A program made the translations under genes and the position numbers. The notes under the pieces are model-generated. The model searched no databases and was not told where the DNA came from. It saw only the letters and a program-made list of their open reading frames with translations. This document shows positions 24,851 through 35,943 of a stretch of 64,000 nucleotides of DNA, one piece after another. The first letter of the stretch is position 1; each line of letters opens with the position of its first letter. Location: NCBI GenBank assembly GCA_951406725.2, contig OX597817.1:102610001-102674000 (forward strand), given 5' to 3'. The DNA comes from Octopus vulgaris (lineage: Eukaryota).

Positions 24851-25549
24851 AATATTTATCTAACTTTTGATAGTTTACTCTTAACATTACGAAAGTTTGC
24901 AGACTTTCGGGTTTACCTCAACAGTCTGTTGCGGCAGTCGGAAGAAATGGTGGAATGTTGTGAAAGAATAGTAACTGTAGGTAAGAAATGTTTGTCGATG
25001 AGTATATGAGGAGCAAATCGTCCAATGATTGTCAGCCCAACGATCTTTATGGATACATGCTGGACTTATTCGCTCCTCTCTGAACAGACGTAAAATGTCA
25101 CTGACAGCAGACTGTAAAATATTCCTTTTCATTTGTTTTTATTTGTGTAGTTATATTTCTGTTTCTGTTTATGTACTGAACATTTCCATTTCTGTTGTTT
25201 ATTTTGTGTTTATTATACGTCTTTTCGTGATGTATCATTTCTTTTATGTGTTCTTAGTGGATTTCTGATATTCTCTAGCTTTGAGAAAGTTAGCTCGATT
25301 TTTTACCCTCCAAATTTATGCGAGAATATTTTCGTAATTTCATTTTGGTGGCGGTGGGAAGTGGCTAGTGTGTGACTGCCATATATGTATGTGCAATTAA
25401 AATGTATCCGTGTATTTATGTATGCCTTTCTTCAAGAAGATTAGAGAGTTGAATTCAATGATGACGTAAATGCATTGCTTGCGATAGCAGGTTATACTGA
25501 GAAGTACTTTTATATTGAGGAAGAATTACTCCACTAAAATGAGCTATTT

Positions 25550-25614
25550 CAGTGGTTCCCGTCCTGGGACCGCAAAGGTAGTACTGGGGGTCCGTAAACT
25601 AAATTCAAAATTTC

Positions 25615-25670
<56 letters not shown>

Positions 25671-25760
25671 CATAACGATAAGCATATTAAAAAGGGTCCG
25701 TGGAAAAACTCATTTAAATAAAAGGGTTGGGAACGATTGTGAAAAGGTTGGGAACTACTG
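25550..25760. mobile_element. 211-bp hAT (Charlie/Buster-type) MITE
   Basis: TIRs CAGTGGTTCCC / GGGAACTACTG; 8-bp TSD agctattt / atctattt with central TA. Confidence 0.85.
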
Positions 25761-25869
25761 ATCTATTTGAATGATCTAAGTCAGTTAAAAGAAATGTTCT
25801 GTCCACTTTTGCATTACTCTTTGTTCAACTCTTGTACACACACCTACACCCCGACCCTTACACATACAT

Positions 25870-26850
25870 GATGATTGCTTCATCTTGGCAGATGATAGCC
25901 GTCCCATCAACACACACACCACACCCCCATCACACAACACAATCCCTCTGTTGAGCCCTCAGATGACTTTTAAGACCAGCTGCTGACTGACAGGGTTTAA
26001 AACACAAATGGCAGATATTATTCAAGTTTCTTCTATATCTTTGCCCTTTGGAATCTGATTCTGGAGGAATGATTTTGTGAACTACTATATGTCTTTTAAA
26101 TCCAGATATTGTCTTACAAGTTTTTTTTACATATGACACAAGTCATAAGAGGTGGTTGATATCCAAGATCATTACCTATCTGAGCATTATGATTGTCATG
26201 TGACTTCATATGGTTCACATATCCTGCTTTTGACAACAGAACACGATCACACGTAATACATATTCAATATTCACTGCTGATTTCAGTTCCAATTGTTCCT
26301 TTCCATCAAACCATTTTAAGCTCAGAGTGCTGAATCATCTTTTCCTCCTAGGCCTTGCAACCAGTCCTAACAGCACCTCTCCACTTGTTCCGATCTAGAA
26401 TATCAATTTTTCAATCACTTTTGTTCATATCTAGTTTCTTCAGGCTTTCCTTCACACAGTCTTTATACCTTTCCTCGGCTTATGTTGTGGTCGCTTACCA
26501 GAGTTGAGCTCACCATAAAAAAGACTCTTTGGCAATCGCTCATCTTTCATTCTAATAATATGTCCAGCCCATCTCATTTGAGCCAAGTTGGTATACTGTT
26601 CAATTGAGCTACGACGTGTCATGCGCAAAACTTCTGTATATGGTATGAAACGTTCCCACTTGACTCCCAAGATACGTCTGAGGTACTTTTGATGAAATCT
26701 CTCCAGCATTTTCATATGATGCCGGTAAGTGGTCCACGTCTCACTCGAATAAAGAAGTGCAATCAATACACACGTTTTATAGACACTGATTTTTATCTGC
26801 AGGGAAATACTCGCCCATACTCGCTTTTCGAGCTTTCCAAATGCAACCTA
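25870..26850 (-). mobile_element. 5'-truncated RTE-clade LINE: RT C-terminal region plus three C2H2 fingers
   Basis: LLYSSETWTTYRHHMKMLERFHQKYLRRILGVKW...RWAGHIIRMKDERLPKSLFYGEL; then CDRVLLSKAGYVNHMKSH, CKTISGFKRHIVVH and CHLCFKPCQSAAGLKSHLR; frameshifted. Confidence 0.88.
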
Positions 26851-27149
26851 TTCCAGAAGGAATTATTAAAAAGTTCAGTCTTAATAATTCCTTCTGGGAA
26901 CTATCTTTAACATTTTCTTGAGAATGTATATATATGTTGTAATCTTTTGTGCCCAATATTTTAATGAACTTGTTAAACTTTTTTATGTCCTGTTACCAAA
27001 GACTGTGTATATGTATTGTAGCATTTTGTGACAACCAATAATTAACACAACCAAACTTTTACATGTTACTTTTGACAATCTTTTTCTAAAAAGTGAAACC
27101 GGTAAAGTAAATAAACATCTTTTAAAATTGCATTTTCAAGCCTTCTTTC

Positions 27150-27205
<56 letters not shown>

Positions 27206-27597
27206 GAAAGAAGGCTCGAAAATGCAATTTTAAAATTGCATATATATATATATACGCACGTACACGCGCATATGCATATTCTCATTCATTCACATATCAA
27301 CAAACCACAGGAGTTGTTTCGACAAAAGGCCTTTGTCATTTTATTTGTGTCTAGTTTTGATTCGGCTAAGAAAAGCATACAAAATATATAAGCAAATCTG
27401 AAAAGAAATTATATAGCTTTTGCTTTTTAATTCTTTACAGTAACTTTGTTTTCAAACATATTTTCATTTTCACTATTTTCAAATGATAGTAACTTCAGAG
27501 TCATGAATGGTGGATGTCAGAAGAAATATTTCTGAAGCATAAAAGTTGACACACACACCTGTATATATATATATATATATATTTATTATATAGAAGG

Positions 27598-27648
27598 AGC
27601 TTCTACAGGACTAGAACTGTTTCATTCAAGAGAAATCTTCAGGAAGCT
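27598..27648 (-). ncRNA. Type I hammerhead ribozyme with canonical CUGAAGA/GAAA core
   Basis: AGCUUC-CUGAAGA-UUUC UCUU GAAU-GAAA-CAG UUCUAGUC CUG-UA-GAAGCU: 6-bp stem I, short stem II, stem III, GUA cleavage triplet. Confidence 0.8.
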
Positions 27649-27869
27649 AGTTAACAAGAATTGTATTGGCATTTATACATTTAGGCAGGTTTAAAGGGGT
27701 GTTGGTGGGGGACTTTTTGGGGGTAGGCATAGCGCAAAATATCATACTTGGGGGAGTGGTCAAGGAGTCAGTGTTAAATTAGATAGAAGAATAAATAAAA
27801 AAATTAAAAAATATAATATAAAAAAAAGGGAATAGAGTTTTAGGTAAATAAGGAGATTCTCACTTATAC

Positions 27870-28664
27870 CTATGCACATATGTATACATATATACACACA
27901 CATACAAACATATATACATATACATACACACATACATACACACACACATATATACATATATATACACTTACACATACATATACATATCTACACATACACA
28001 TATATGTATACATACACACACTCACATGCATACACGTATACACACATGTATACATACACACACGACCACACATACATATACACACAGAAAAATATATATA
28101 CACATACACACACATACTCACATACACGCATACACACACATATCCACACACACACATGCACACACAGCACACTAGTCCCTATATACACATATATACACAT
28201 ACACACATATATACACACACATACATATACATACATATATATATATATATATACATATGTGTACCTATGCATACCTACACATACACACATATATATACAC
28301 ATACAAATACAGACCCATTCCCTAATTTTAATTTTATTATCTTCATTTATTACTTTTGTTATCTTTGACCGCTGGTCACAAACATCTTGGCTATGACAGC
28401 CAGTCCATTTATCTGTCTACTGGAAAACAAGCACTCATTCACTCACGCACACTCTTTAGCACGTACACTAACTCATTCGTACACTCATACACATACACGC
28501 ACGCACGCGTTATATTCATACATACATACATCTACATACATTCACGTATATACACATACGTACGCGTACCTACAGATTCATGTCTACACTCTTAGAAGGC
28601 TAGTCTATACATATACACCAATAAATATAAATACACACACATACATATACACCTACATACAAAT

Positions 28665-28698
<34 letters not shown>

Positions 28699-29369
28699 AT
28701 TCACATATATATACACATATATATATACATATATATACACACACATATACACATATATACATATATATACACACATACACATACATACATATACACACAT
28801 ACACATACATACGTATACATACATACATACATCCATACATACATACATACATACATTTATACACATACACACACCCACACGTATACATATACATACATAT
28901 ATATACGCGCATGCATACACATACAAATACATACACATACGCATATACATATACATACATACATATATACACATACATATATATATATATATATACATAC
29001 ACACACATACATATACATACATACATACATATACAAATATACGCACACACATACATACATACTCATATACACATACACGCACATACACATGTACATGCGT
29101 ACCCATACACACACACACACACGCGCATCCATATATACACATAAGTACACACATGCGTAAAAGTATACATATATCTATGCTTACACATACACACACACAC
29201 ACGCGCCTCCTTATATTCATACTTACATGCATACTCAAAAAATAAGTAAATAGAAAAATATATATACGCGCAGTTATTCATACATGCATACTCAAAAAAT
29301 AAATAATAAATATTAAGTATATGTACGTGCAGTTACCTATTATATAGACGGATACATACATATAAACTT

Positions 29370-29408
<39 letters not shown>

Positions 29409-29625
29409 TACACATATATATACATATACATATATATATATATATATACACGCACACACATACACATATATATATATACATACTTACACACATGTACAAA
29501 TACATACACACATAGATAACTCTACGTACCTACATATACATAAACACACGAGCGTACACGTATATGTACATATACACATACACATACACACGCATATATA
29601 TACATACATACATACACATACACAC

Positions 29626-29682
<57 letters not shown>

Positions 29683-30020
29683 TATACATGTGTGCAAACA
29701 TACATACATACTCATACACGCACACACACTTACATATACATATATACACACACTTACACACATATATACATACACATATACATACATACATACATACATA
29801 TATGCATACATACACACACACATATATATATACATACATACACATACACATACCTATACATATATATACACACATATATATACACATGCACATACTTATA
29901 TCTCTACATACTCGCATATACATATATATATATATATATACACACACATACATATACTTATATACATGTATATATACACACACATATATATACACATCTA
30001 CAATTTGTATCTACACTCAC
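27870..30020. repeat. Degenerate compound (AC)/(AT)/(ACAT) low-complexity tract with small unique islands
   Basis: Direct reading; the many H/T/Y/I/C/V-rich ORFs here are repeat translations. Confidence 0.95.
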
Positions 30021-30229
30021 ATCTCCTTATTTACCTAAAACTCTATTCCCTTTTTTTTATATTATATTTTTTTATTTTTTTATTTATTCTTCTATCTAAT
30101 TTAACACTGACTCCTTGACCACTCCCCCAAGTATGATATTTTGCGCTATGCCTACCCCCAAAAAGTCCCCCACCAACACCCCTTTAAACCTGCCTAAATG
30201 TATAAATGCCAATACAATTCTTGTTAACT

Positions 30230-30280
30230 AGCTTCCAGAAGATTTCTCTTGAATGAAACAGTTCTAGTCCTGTAGAAGCT
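30230..30280 (+). ncRNA. Hammerhead ribozyme copy with U4A core change (CAGAAGA), probably impaired
   Basis: Same as 27598-27648 apart from agcttcCAGAAGA. Confidence 0.7.
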
Positions 30281-30363
30281 CCTTCTATATAATAAATTAA
30301 TTTTACTCTGCTATGTATTGAGTACCTTATTTACTGTGGTTAACCCCGAATCAACCCGGGACC

Positions 30364-30488
<125 letters not shown>

Positions 30489-30739
30489 GCCTATGTACGA
30501 GTACATGTGTGTGTGTGCATGCGTACGTGTGTGCGTGCGTGCGTGCGTGTGTGTGTGTGCGTCTACATTAGTTTTATCTCAATCAAAATCTATACGGTGG
30601 GAGTGACACGTAGTACAATATATTACAATCTGTATTTGCTAGAGTCTATTCCTTGGTCGTTTAAGGTCACTTGACACTGACTGAATGATCTTACTTGCTG
30701 TCGGTCAAGTTAACACGACAGCTGATTAAACTTCAGGTT

Positions 30740-32115
30740 TGTTTTATTATTATTTTTTTTCTTCTTTCAAATTTGCTTCCATTTCTTGCCCAGTGTCTTC
30801 CCGACTCCTAGGGCAAAGAAACTCATAGTATACATTGGTAGGCCATTAAACTAAATTCAATAGTTCATTTTTTTAAAGTTAAATTAAAATACATGGGTAG
30901 TAATAGTTCTCACATCGACAATGCTCTTCTCAATACGTGTGATGTACCAGTTAAGACAATCTTTTGCACTTCTTTCAGGGATGGTAAGCCAGGGATCATT
31001 CTCATATAATTTTCGGTTCCCTTCTTGATCATTCCTAGTGCTCCTACGATCACTGGTATTGTAACCGCCTTGAGATGCCACATTTTCTCAATTTCAATGA
31101 GCAGGTCTTTATATTTTCTGAGCTTGTCAAACTCTTTCGCCGAGATATTATGATCACAGGGGATGCTCATGTCGATCAATAAGCAAACTTTATTGTATTG
31201 GTCTTTCACAACAATGTCTGGTTTATTGGCTTTGATGGTTCGGTCTGTATGTACTGGAAAGTCCCACAGAATCGTTACATTTTCTCCTTCAGTTACAGCT
31301 TCAGGGTGGTGATTATACCACTTGTCGGCAGTTTTGATATTGTAATGCCGACTTATTAGCCAGTGTAGATATTGGCCAACTCTGTCATGTCTTAATTTAT
31401 ACTCCACTGGTGCTAAGACTTTACATCCAGAGATTAGGTGGTCCACTGTTTCAATCATGTCGTTGCAGAATCGGCATTTTGGGTCTGCTCCATTTTCATC
31501 ACATTGGCCTGGTAGTTCCGGGTTAATAGGCTTTGATCTTGAGCAGCCAGGATGAAACCTTCGCTCTCTGCTTTTAGCCCTGAGCTCCGTAGCCACTGAT
31601 GGGTTTGCTTCTGGTCAACATCAGCTTGTTTGCTGCGGGCCACATATTTGCCGTGCAGAGGTTTCTCCTCCCACCTATCAGCCAATTGCTCGTGCGCTTT
31701 TTTCGTTGCCATTATTTTCACCTTCTTTGCAACAATAGTTGCCGTACTTCCCTCGGATTGTTCAGTTTGGGTATCCTGCACGAGATCAATAGCAAATTTT
31801 TTGCTTTCCTTTAAGATAGAATGAAGCTTCTTTCGTCTCTCGTGATTTTCCACGAGCTTTAGCAACCAGTCATTCGTTATTTCAAGATATTTGGCCTGTC
31901 CAATTGTGGTTGTTTTGTAAGCTAGTTCAAATTGGATCAGGCCTCGACCTCCTTGAGCTCTGGGAAGGTAAAGGCGATCTACGTCTGCCTTTGGGTGGTG
32001 CATCCTATTACAACTCAGCAGCTTGCGTATTTTCCTATCTATATTCTTTACTTCACTCATATTCCAGTTCAACACATTGTAGCTATAAGTAACAACTGGA
32101 ACTGCTAAGGAATTA
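30740..32115 (-). mobile_element. 5'-truncated Dong/R4-clade non-LTR retrotransposon (RT C-terminus, CCHC knuckle, restriction-like endonuclease), one frameshift near 31490
   Basis: RLYLPRAQGGRGL, EGFILAAQDQSL, CRFCNDMIETVDHLISGC, RHDRV, WDFPVHTDRTIKANKPDIVV...LIDMSIP...KLRKYKDL, PVIVGALG; short (TAA)n tail at the 3' end and (TTA)n at the 5' junction. Confidence 0.9.
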
Positions 32116-32123
32116 TTATTCGA

Positions 32124-32193
<70 letters not shown>

Positions 32194-32727
32194 GAGTGAG
32201 AGAGCAGTGCATGCCATCAAAGTGACACTGGGGTAAAATATACGAAGCCCGGTATACCCATCATGACTACCCGTCTGATAAGGGTACACCAGGCACATGC
32301 ATCACAACCATATGTGCGCGACATAGTGATCTCATATCAAAATAAACAGCACATGACCTTGCAGGTGGGGCCCAGTTAGAATTTTCTTCAGGTCGAGTAA
32401 CCCATCCCACTCGAAAGGTCCCTGAATAAGGGTTGTTTAAGGATGTTGAACGAAACACCCATGTTTCCAGAGGTGAATTATTCAAACCCCAAAGAATCCC
32501 TCTCAACACATGGCTATGATGCTCCCCCACTACTTCTGCACGTGATCAGAGATGCACATATCGCCAGCCACTAAGGGACATGCTCAACTGGTTAAAGTCA
32601 AACAACTGACAAGCAAATCTGTGGTAGTGAGCAGAATATTTGCTGTAGCCCATCTTTTATACCAAGACAAAACAATGTACATGATAACACTTCCAATCAG
32701 TTAAGATTAGAAGCCATGCATCAGGGC

Positions 32728-32730
<3 letters not shown>
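32194..32730 (-). mobile_element. ~540-bp non-coding interspersed element embedded in (TAA)n, possibly Dong-mobilised
   Basis: Complex sequence bounded on both sides by TTA arrays, no ORF, adjacent to the Dong fragment; strand inferred from the (AAT)n tail. Confidence 0.5.
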
Positions 32731-33040
<310 letters not shown>

Positions 33041-33714
33041 CATTATTTCATTTAGTAAACAATAGCTTGGCTACTGGTTTCATTGGCTCACTGCATTTTC
33101 TGGTGATAAAACGAACATTGGTAGTGTCTGAGCAATCTGTGTTGAACAAGTGAGTCCGTTGGTAATCCCCAGTTTTACGATTTTCTTGCAAGTATTTACA
33201 TCACTGACATATACATAAAAGAAAGATATACATACATACATAGATACATACATACATACATACATACATACATACATACATACATACATACATACATACA
33301 TACATACATACATACATACATACATGAGAAATTAGGCTTCTCAAAACCAGAAAGGAGAAAGCTAATTCGAAGACTACAGATCCAATCCATCACTGGAACT
33401 GTAAAAATCTGTAAAACTTTCCAGAATTTTATCATTTAAATATATACGAGCATGCCTAAGTATATAACTATATGCATGATAATACATACATAAAGCATAC
33501 AAATTTGCACATAATACATACATGCATGCAAGCATACATACATACATACATACATACATACATACATACATACATACATACATACATTTTGTCCAGTGAG
33601 GACATCTCATAGCCTGTTCCTGTCTAGTGTTTATAAGAGTAAATCTAGAAGTGAAAATTTGGTACATTTCTTCCACGCAAAAGTCACATCTGTTATACTG
33701 CCCCCCCCCCCCCT

Positions 33715-33959
33715 ATCTCTCCCGCCTTCGCTCTAGGGAGAAGAGGTTTAATACTTTCAGTCTTTCCCAGTAGCTGATATTTTGCATTGAGACGATCAAT
33801 TTGACTGGGAGCTTACCACTTGCAAGAAAGCTCTGCAAAAGAAGCTGTAGCGGTTTTGCAAGGGCTCGTTTGCACGATCTGAAAAGGATCGCTGGAAATC
33901 CATCAGGTCCAGCAGCTGAGTTTGTGTCAATCTCATCTATGGCTAGTGTGATATCATCA

Positions 33960-33960
<1 letters not shown>
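33715..33960 (-). mobile_element. Internally deleted CR1-group LINE fragment
   Basis: DDITLAIDEIDTNSAAGPDGFPAILFRSCKRALAKPLQLLLQSFLASGKLP (pre-RT GPDG motif) abuts SYWERLKVLNLFSLERRRER (ORF2 C-terminal motif). Confidence 0.75.
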
Positions 33961-34020
<60 letters not shown>

Positions 34021-34024
<4 letters not shown>

Positions 34025-34232
34025 TAGTTTTATTTTTATAGCGTGCTTTCACTTCACTACCGAGCGCAGCTATGTGTGCCTTGGGTATGTGCTGTGATTT
34101 GTTGTGATGCCCTGATGGTTATTGTATGGAAAGTGTTCTGCGTAGGATGTGTGCAGTGCCTAGTAGTGCAATTTTCTGTATGTTATATGTGTTTGTAAGT
34201 CCTGGTGTTTTTGTTATGTATTTGTCTGAATA

Positions 34233-34236
<4 letters not shown>
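34021..34236 (-). mobile_element. Short 3' fragment of a Dong/R4 element inside (TTA)n
   Basis: KYITKTPGLTNTYNIQKIALLGTAHILRRTLSIQ* resembles QKIVLTGTSHVLRRALSM* at 30910; TTA arrays on both sides. Confidence 0.8.
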
Positions 34237-34293
<57 letters not shown>

Positions 34294-34366
34294 GTTTGCC
34301 TATACGGCTAGTATTTGTTTGCCACTAGTGATGGAATCTTAATAGTACTATCGCTCTCATATATAT

Positions 34367-34629
34367 AAAATTGTGAAGCATGACTGTCAACACTACTACA
34401 TGAACCCGAAGATTGCAGAATTCAATGCATGAAAGTACTAGTTCAATCAGAATGAATATTTAACATTCTACTATTTCATTTTATTTTATTCAATTATAAT
34501 ATATTATCTTATAATATATCATTATAAGATTGTAAATAAAACGTGAAAATCAGACAAGGTTGGAATTCTTTTTATTAATATATTCTTCTATACACAATCA
34601 CACACACCCATATATATATATATCTATAT
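34367..34629 (+). repeat. 5' pseudo-LTR
   Basis: Identical to 38638-38900 except gacaaggttgg vs gacaagtttgg. Confidence 0.95.
34401..34445 (+). ncRNA. Minimal type I hammerhead ribozyme variant (CCGAAGA core, palindromic stem III)
   Basis: UGAAC-CCGAAGA-U UGCA gaauucaa UGCA U-GAAA-GUAC-UA-GUUCA; located in a PLE pLTR, where minimal hammerheads are established. Confidence 0.72.
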
Positions 34630-34650
34630 TCCTATTGTGTATATGCCAAC

Positions 34651-35943
34651 ATGTCTGGAAAGCAACAAACAAAATTAACAGAATCCGAAAGAATTCTAAT
34701 GGAAATTTCATCGAAATTATCAACACTCATCACGATGATTGACACACAATCCTCTATTTTAAAGGAAATAGAAAAACAGTCTACAGACGGAAAACTTGGA
34801 AATGAACACATAAACTCTGAAATTAAGAATTTAGCTGAAATGATACCAACAATTATAAAATCTACAAGAGAAAGCCTACCACAACCTCCTTGGATGTCAG
34901 AAATAAACGAAAGAAATCTGGAAAAAGAGGCACACCGAAAAAGAGAAGAGATACAGAAGACATGGAAAAAACTCCTTAACATAAGAAAACAAAACTTCTG
35001 GAAGGCATATAAATGCGAAAAATATGCTGAAATACATTCGAAATGGATATCTTTAGCGGCACCCATACTTCCTCGGAAGTACCTAATTAAAGAAATTGCA
35101 GGAGAACCAGAGGAAGAAACTAAACTTCGATGGGACCTTAGTTTGATAAAATTCAGGACCGACATCTCCATTACCCTGTCTAAACAATCCCGCTACAAAG
35201 CCAAATACGAAGCTATCGATGATCAAATCAGAGATGAAATATCCAAACTAACGACCGGCAATATAGCAGAAAAAATGCGAGAACTATGGATCAGAGATAT
35301 CTCAAAAGAAGAAAGCAGATCAAGAAAGTTTTGGCAGCGGAAACAATTATTTCTCGATAAATATGCTACAAATTACGGTAAAGACACCAGAACTCCGAGA
35401 AATAGCATTAAAAGTGGACAACCTCACCAACGCAACATACACCAGAACACGTGGCAACATGAACACCCGTTTCACCACGAATCGAAGACGAACTACGGTA
35501 AGAACTCTTCCCATTTTGTATGCAAACACCCTAATGCACACAACATGAACAAAAAGCACAAACAAAATAGATATTGTTTTGAACAGACCATTAGCAGTAG
35601 AAATAACAGGAGATCATTTTCAAGACCTCAACAGAGATTACCCACAAGAAACTGGACAAAAAACCGATCTAGATCTAGAAGTAAACCCAGATCATTTCTC
35701 CAGGTGGTTAAAAACAATGCTAACAAGAAATTGAAAAGTAGCATACATAATACCAAAAACAAGACAGAAAACATAACGAAACCAAGTAAAGTACCACAAC
35801 CAAAACGCAAAATTCATCAAGCAAACATCAACAGGAATATAAATCATAACCAGAAAAAAATCCATTTTTTTACGTCAGGACAACAAACACCGGAGAAAGA
35901 AAAAATCCAAGAGGAAACATACCCCAAACAACTGAACGTATAG
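34651..35943 (+). CDS. PLE ORF1, 430 aa: helical/coiled-coil-like N-terminal half and a basic R/K/N/S-rich low-complexity C-terminal half; function unknown
   Basis: Uninterrupted 1293-nt ORF starting gccaacATG just after the 5' pLTR; non-repetitive; RSRSRSKPRS tract. Confidence 0.8.
   Translation: MSGKQQTKLTESERILMEISSKLSTLITMIDTQSSILKEIEKQSTDGKLGNEHINSEIKNLAEMIPTIIKSTRESLPQPPWMSEINERNLEKEAHRKREEIQKTWKKLLNIRKQNFWKAYKCEKYAEIHSKWISLAAPILPRKYLIKEIAGEPEEETKLRWDLSLIKFRTDISITLSKQSRYKAKYEAIDDQIRDEISKLTTGNIAEKMRELWIRDISKEESRSRKFWQRKQLFLDKYATNYGKDTRTPRNSIKSGQPHQRNIHQNTWQHEHPFHHESKTNYGKNSSHFVCKHPNAHNMNKKHKQNRYCFEQTISSRNNRRSFSRPQQRLPTRNWTKNRSRSRSKPRSFLQVVKNNANKKLKSSIHNTKNKTENITKPSKVPQPKRKIHQANINRNINHNQKKIHFFTSGQQTPEKEKIQEETYPKQLNV

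Noticed and set aside
27581-30297. 277-bp inverted repeats read as DNA-transposon TIRs
   Set aside because: No TSD or superfamily-type terminus; one arm continues into a 70-bp tail; both arms contain a hammerhead and TATA box, which fits PLE pLTRs better
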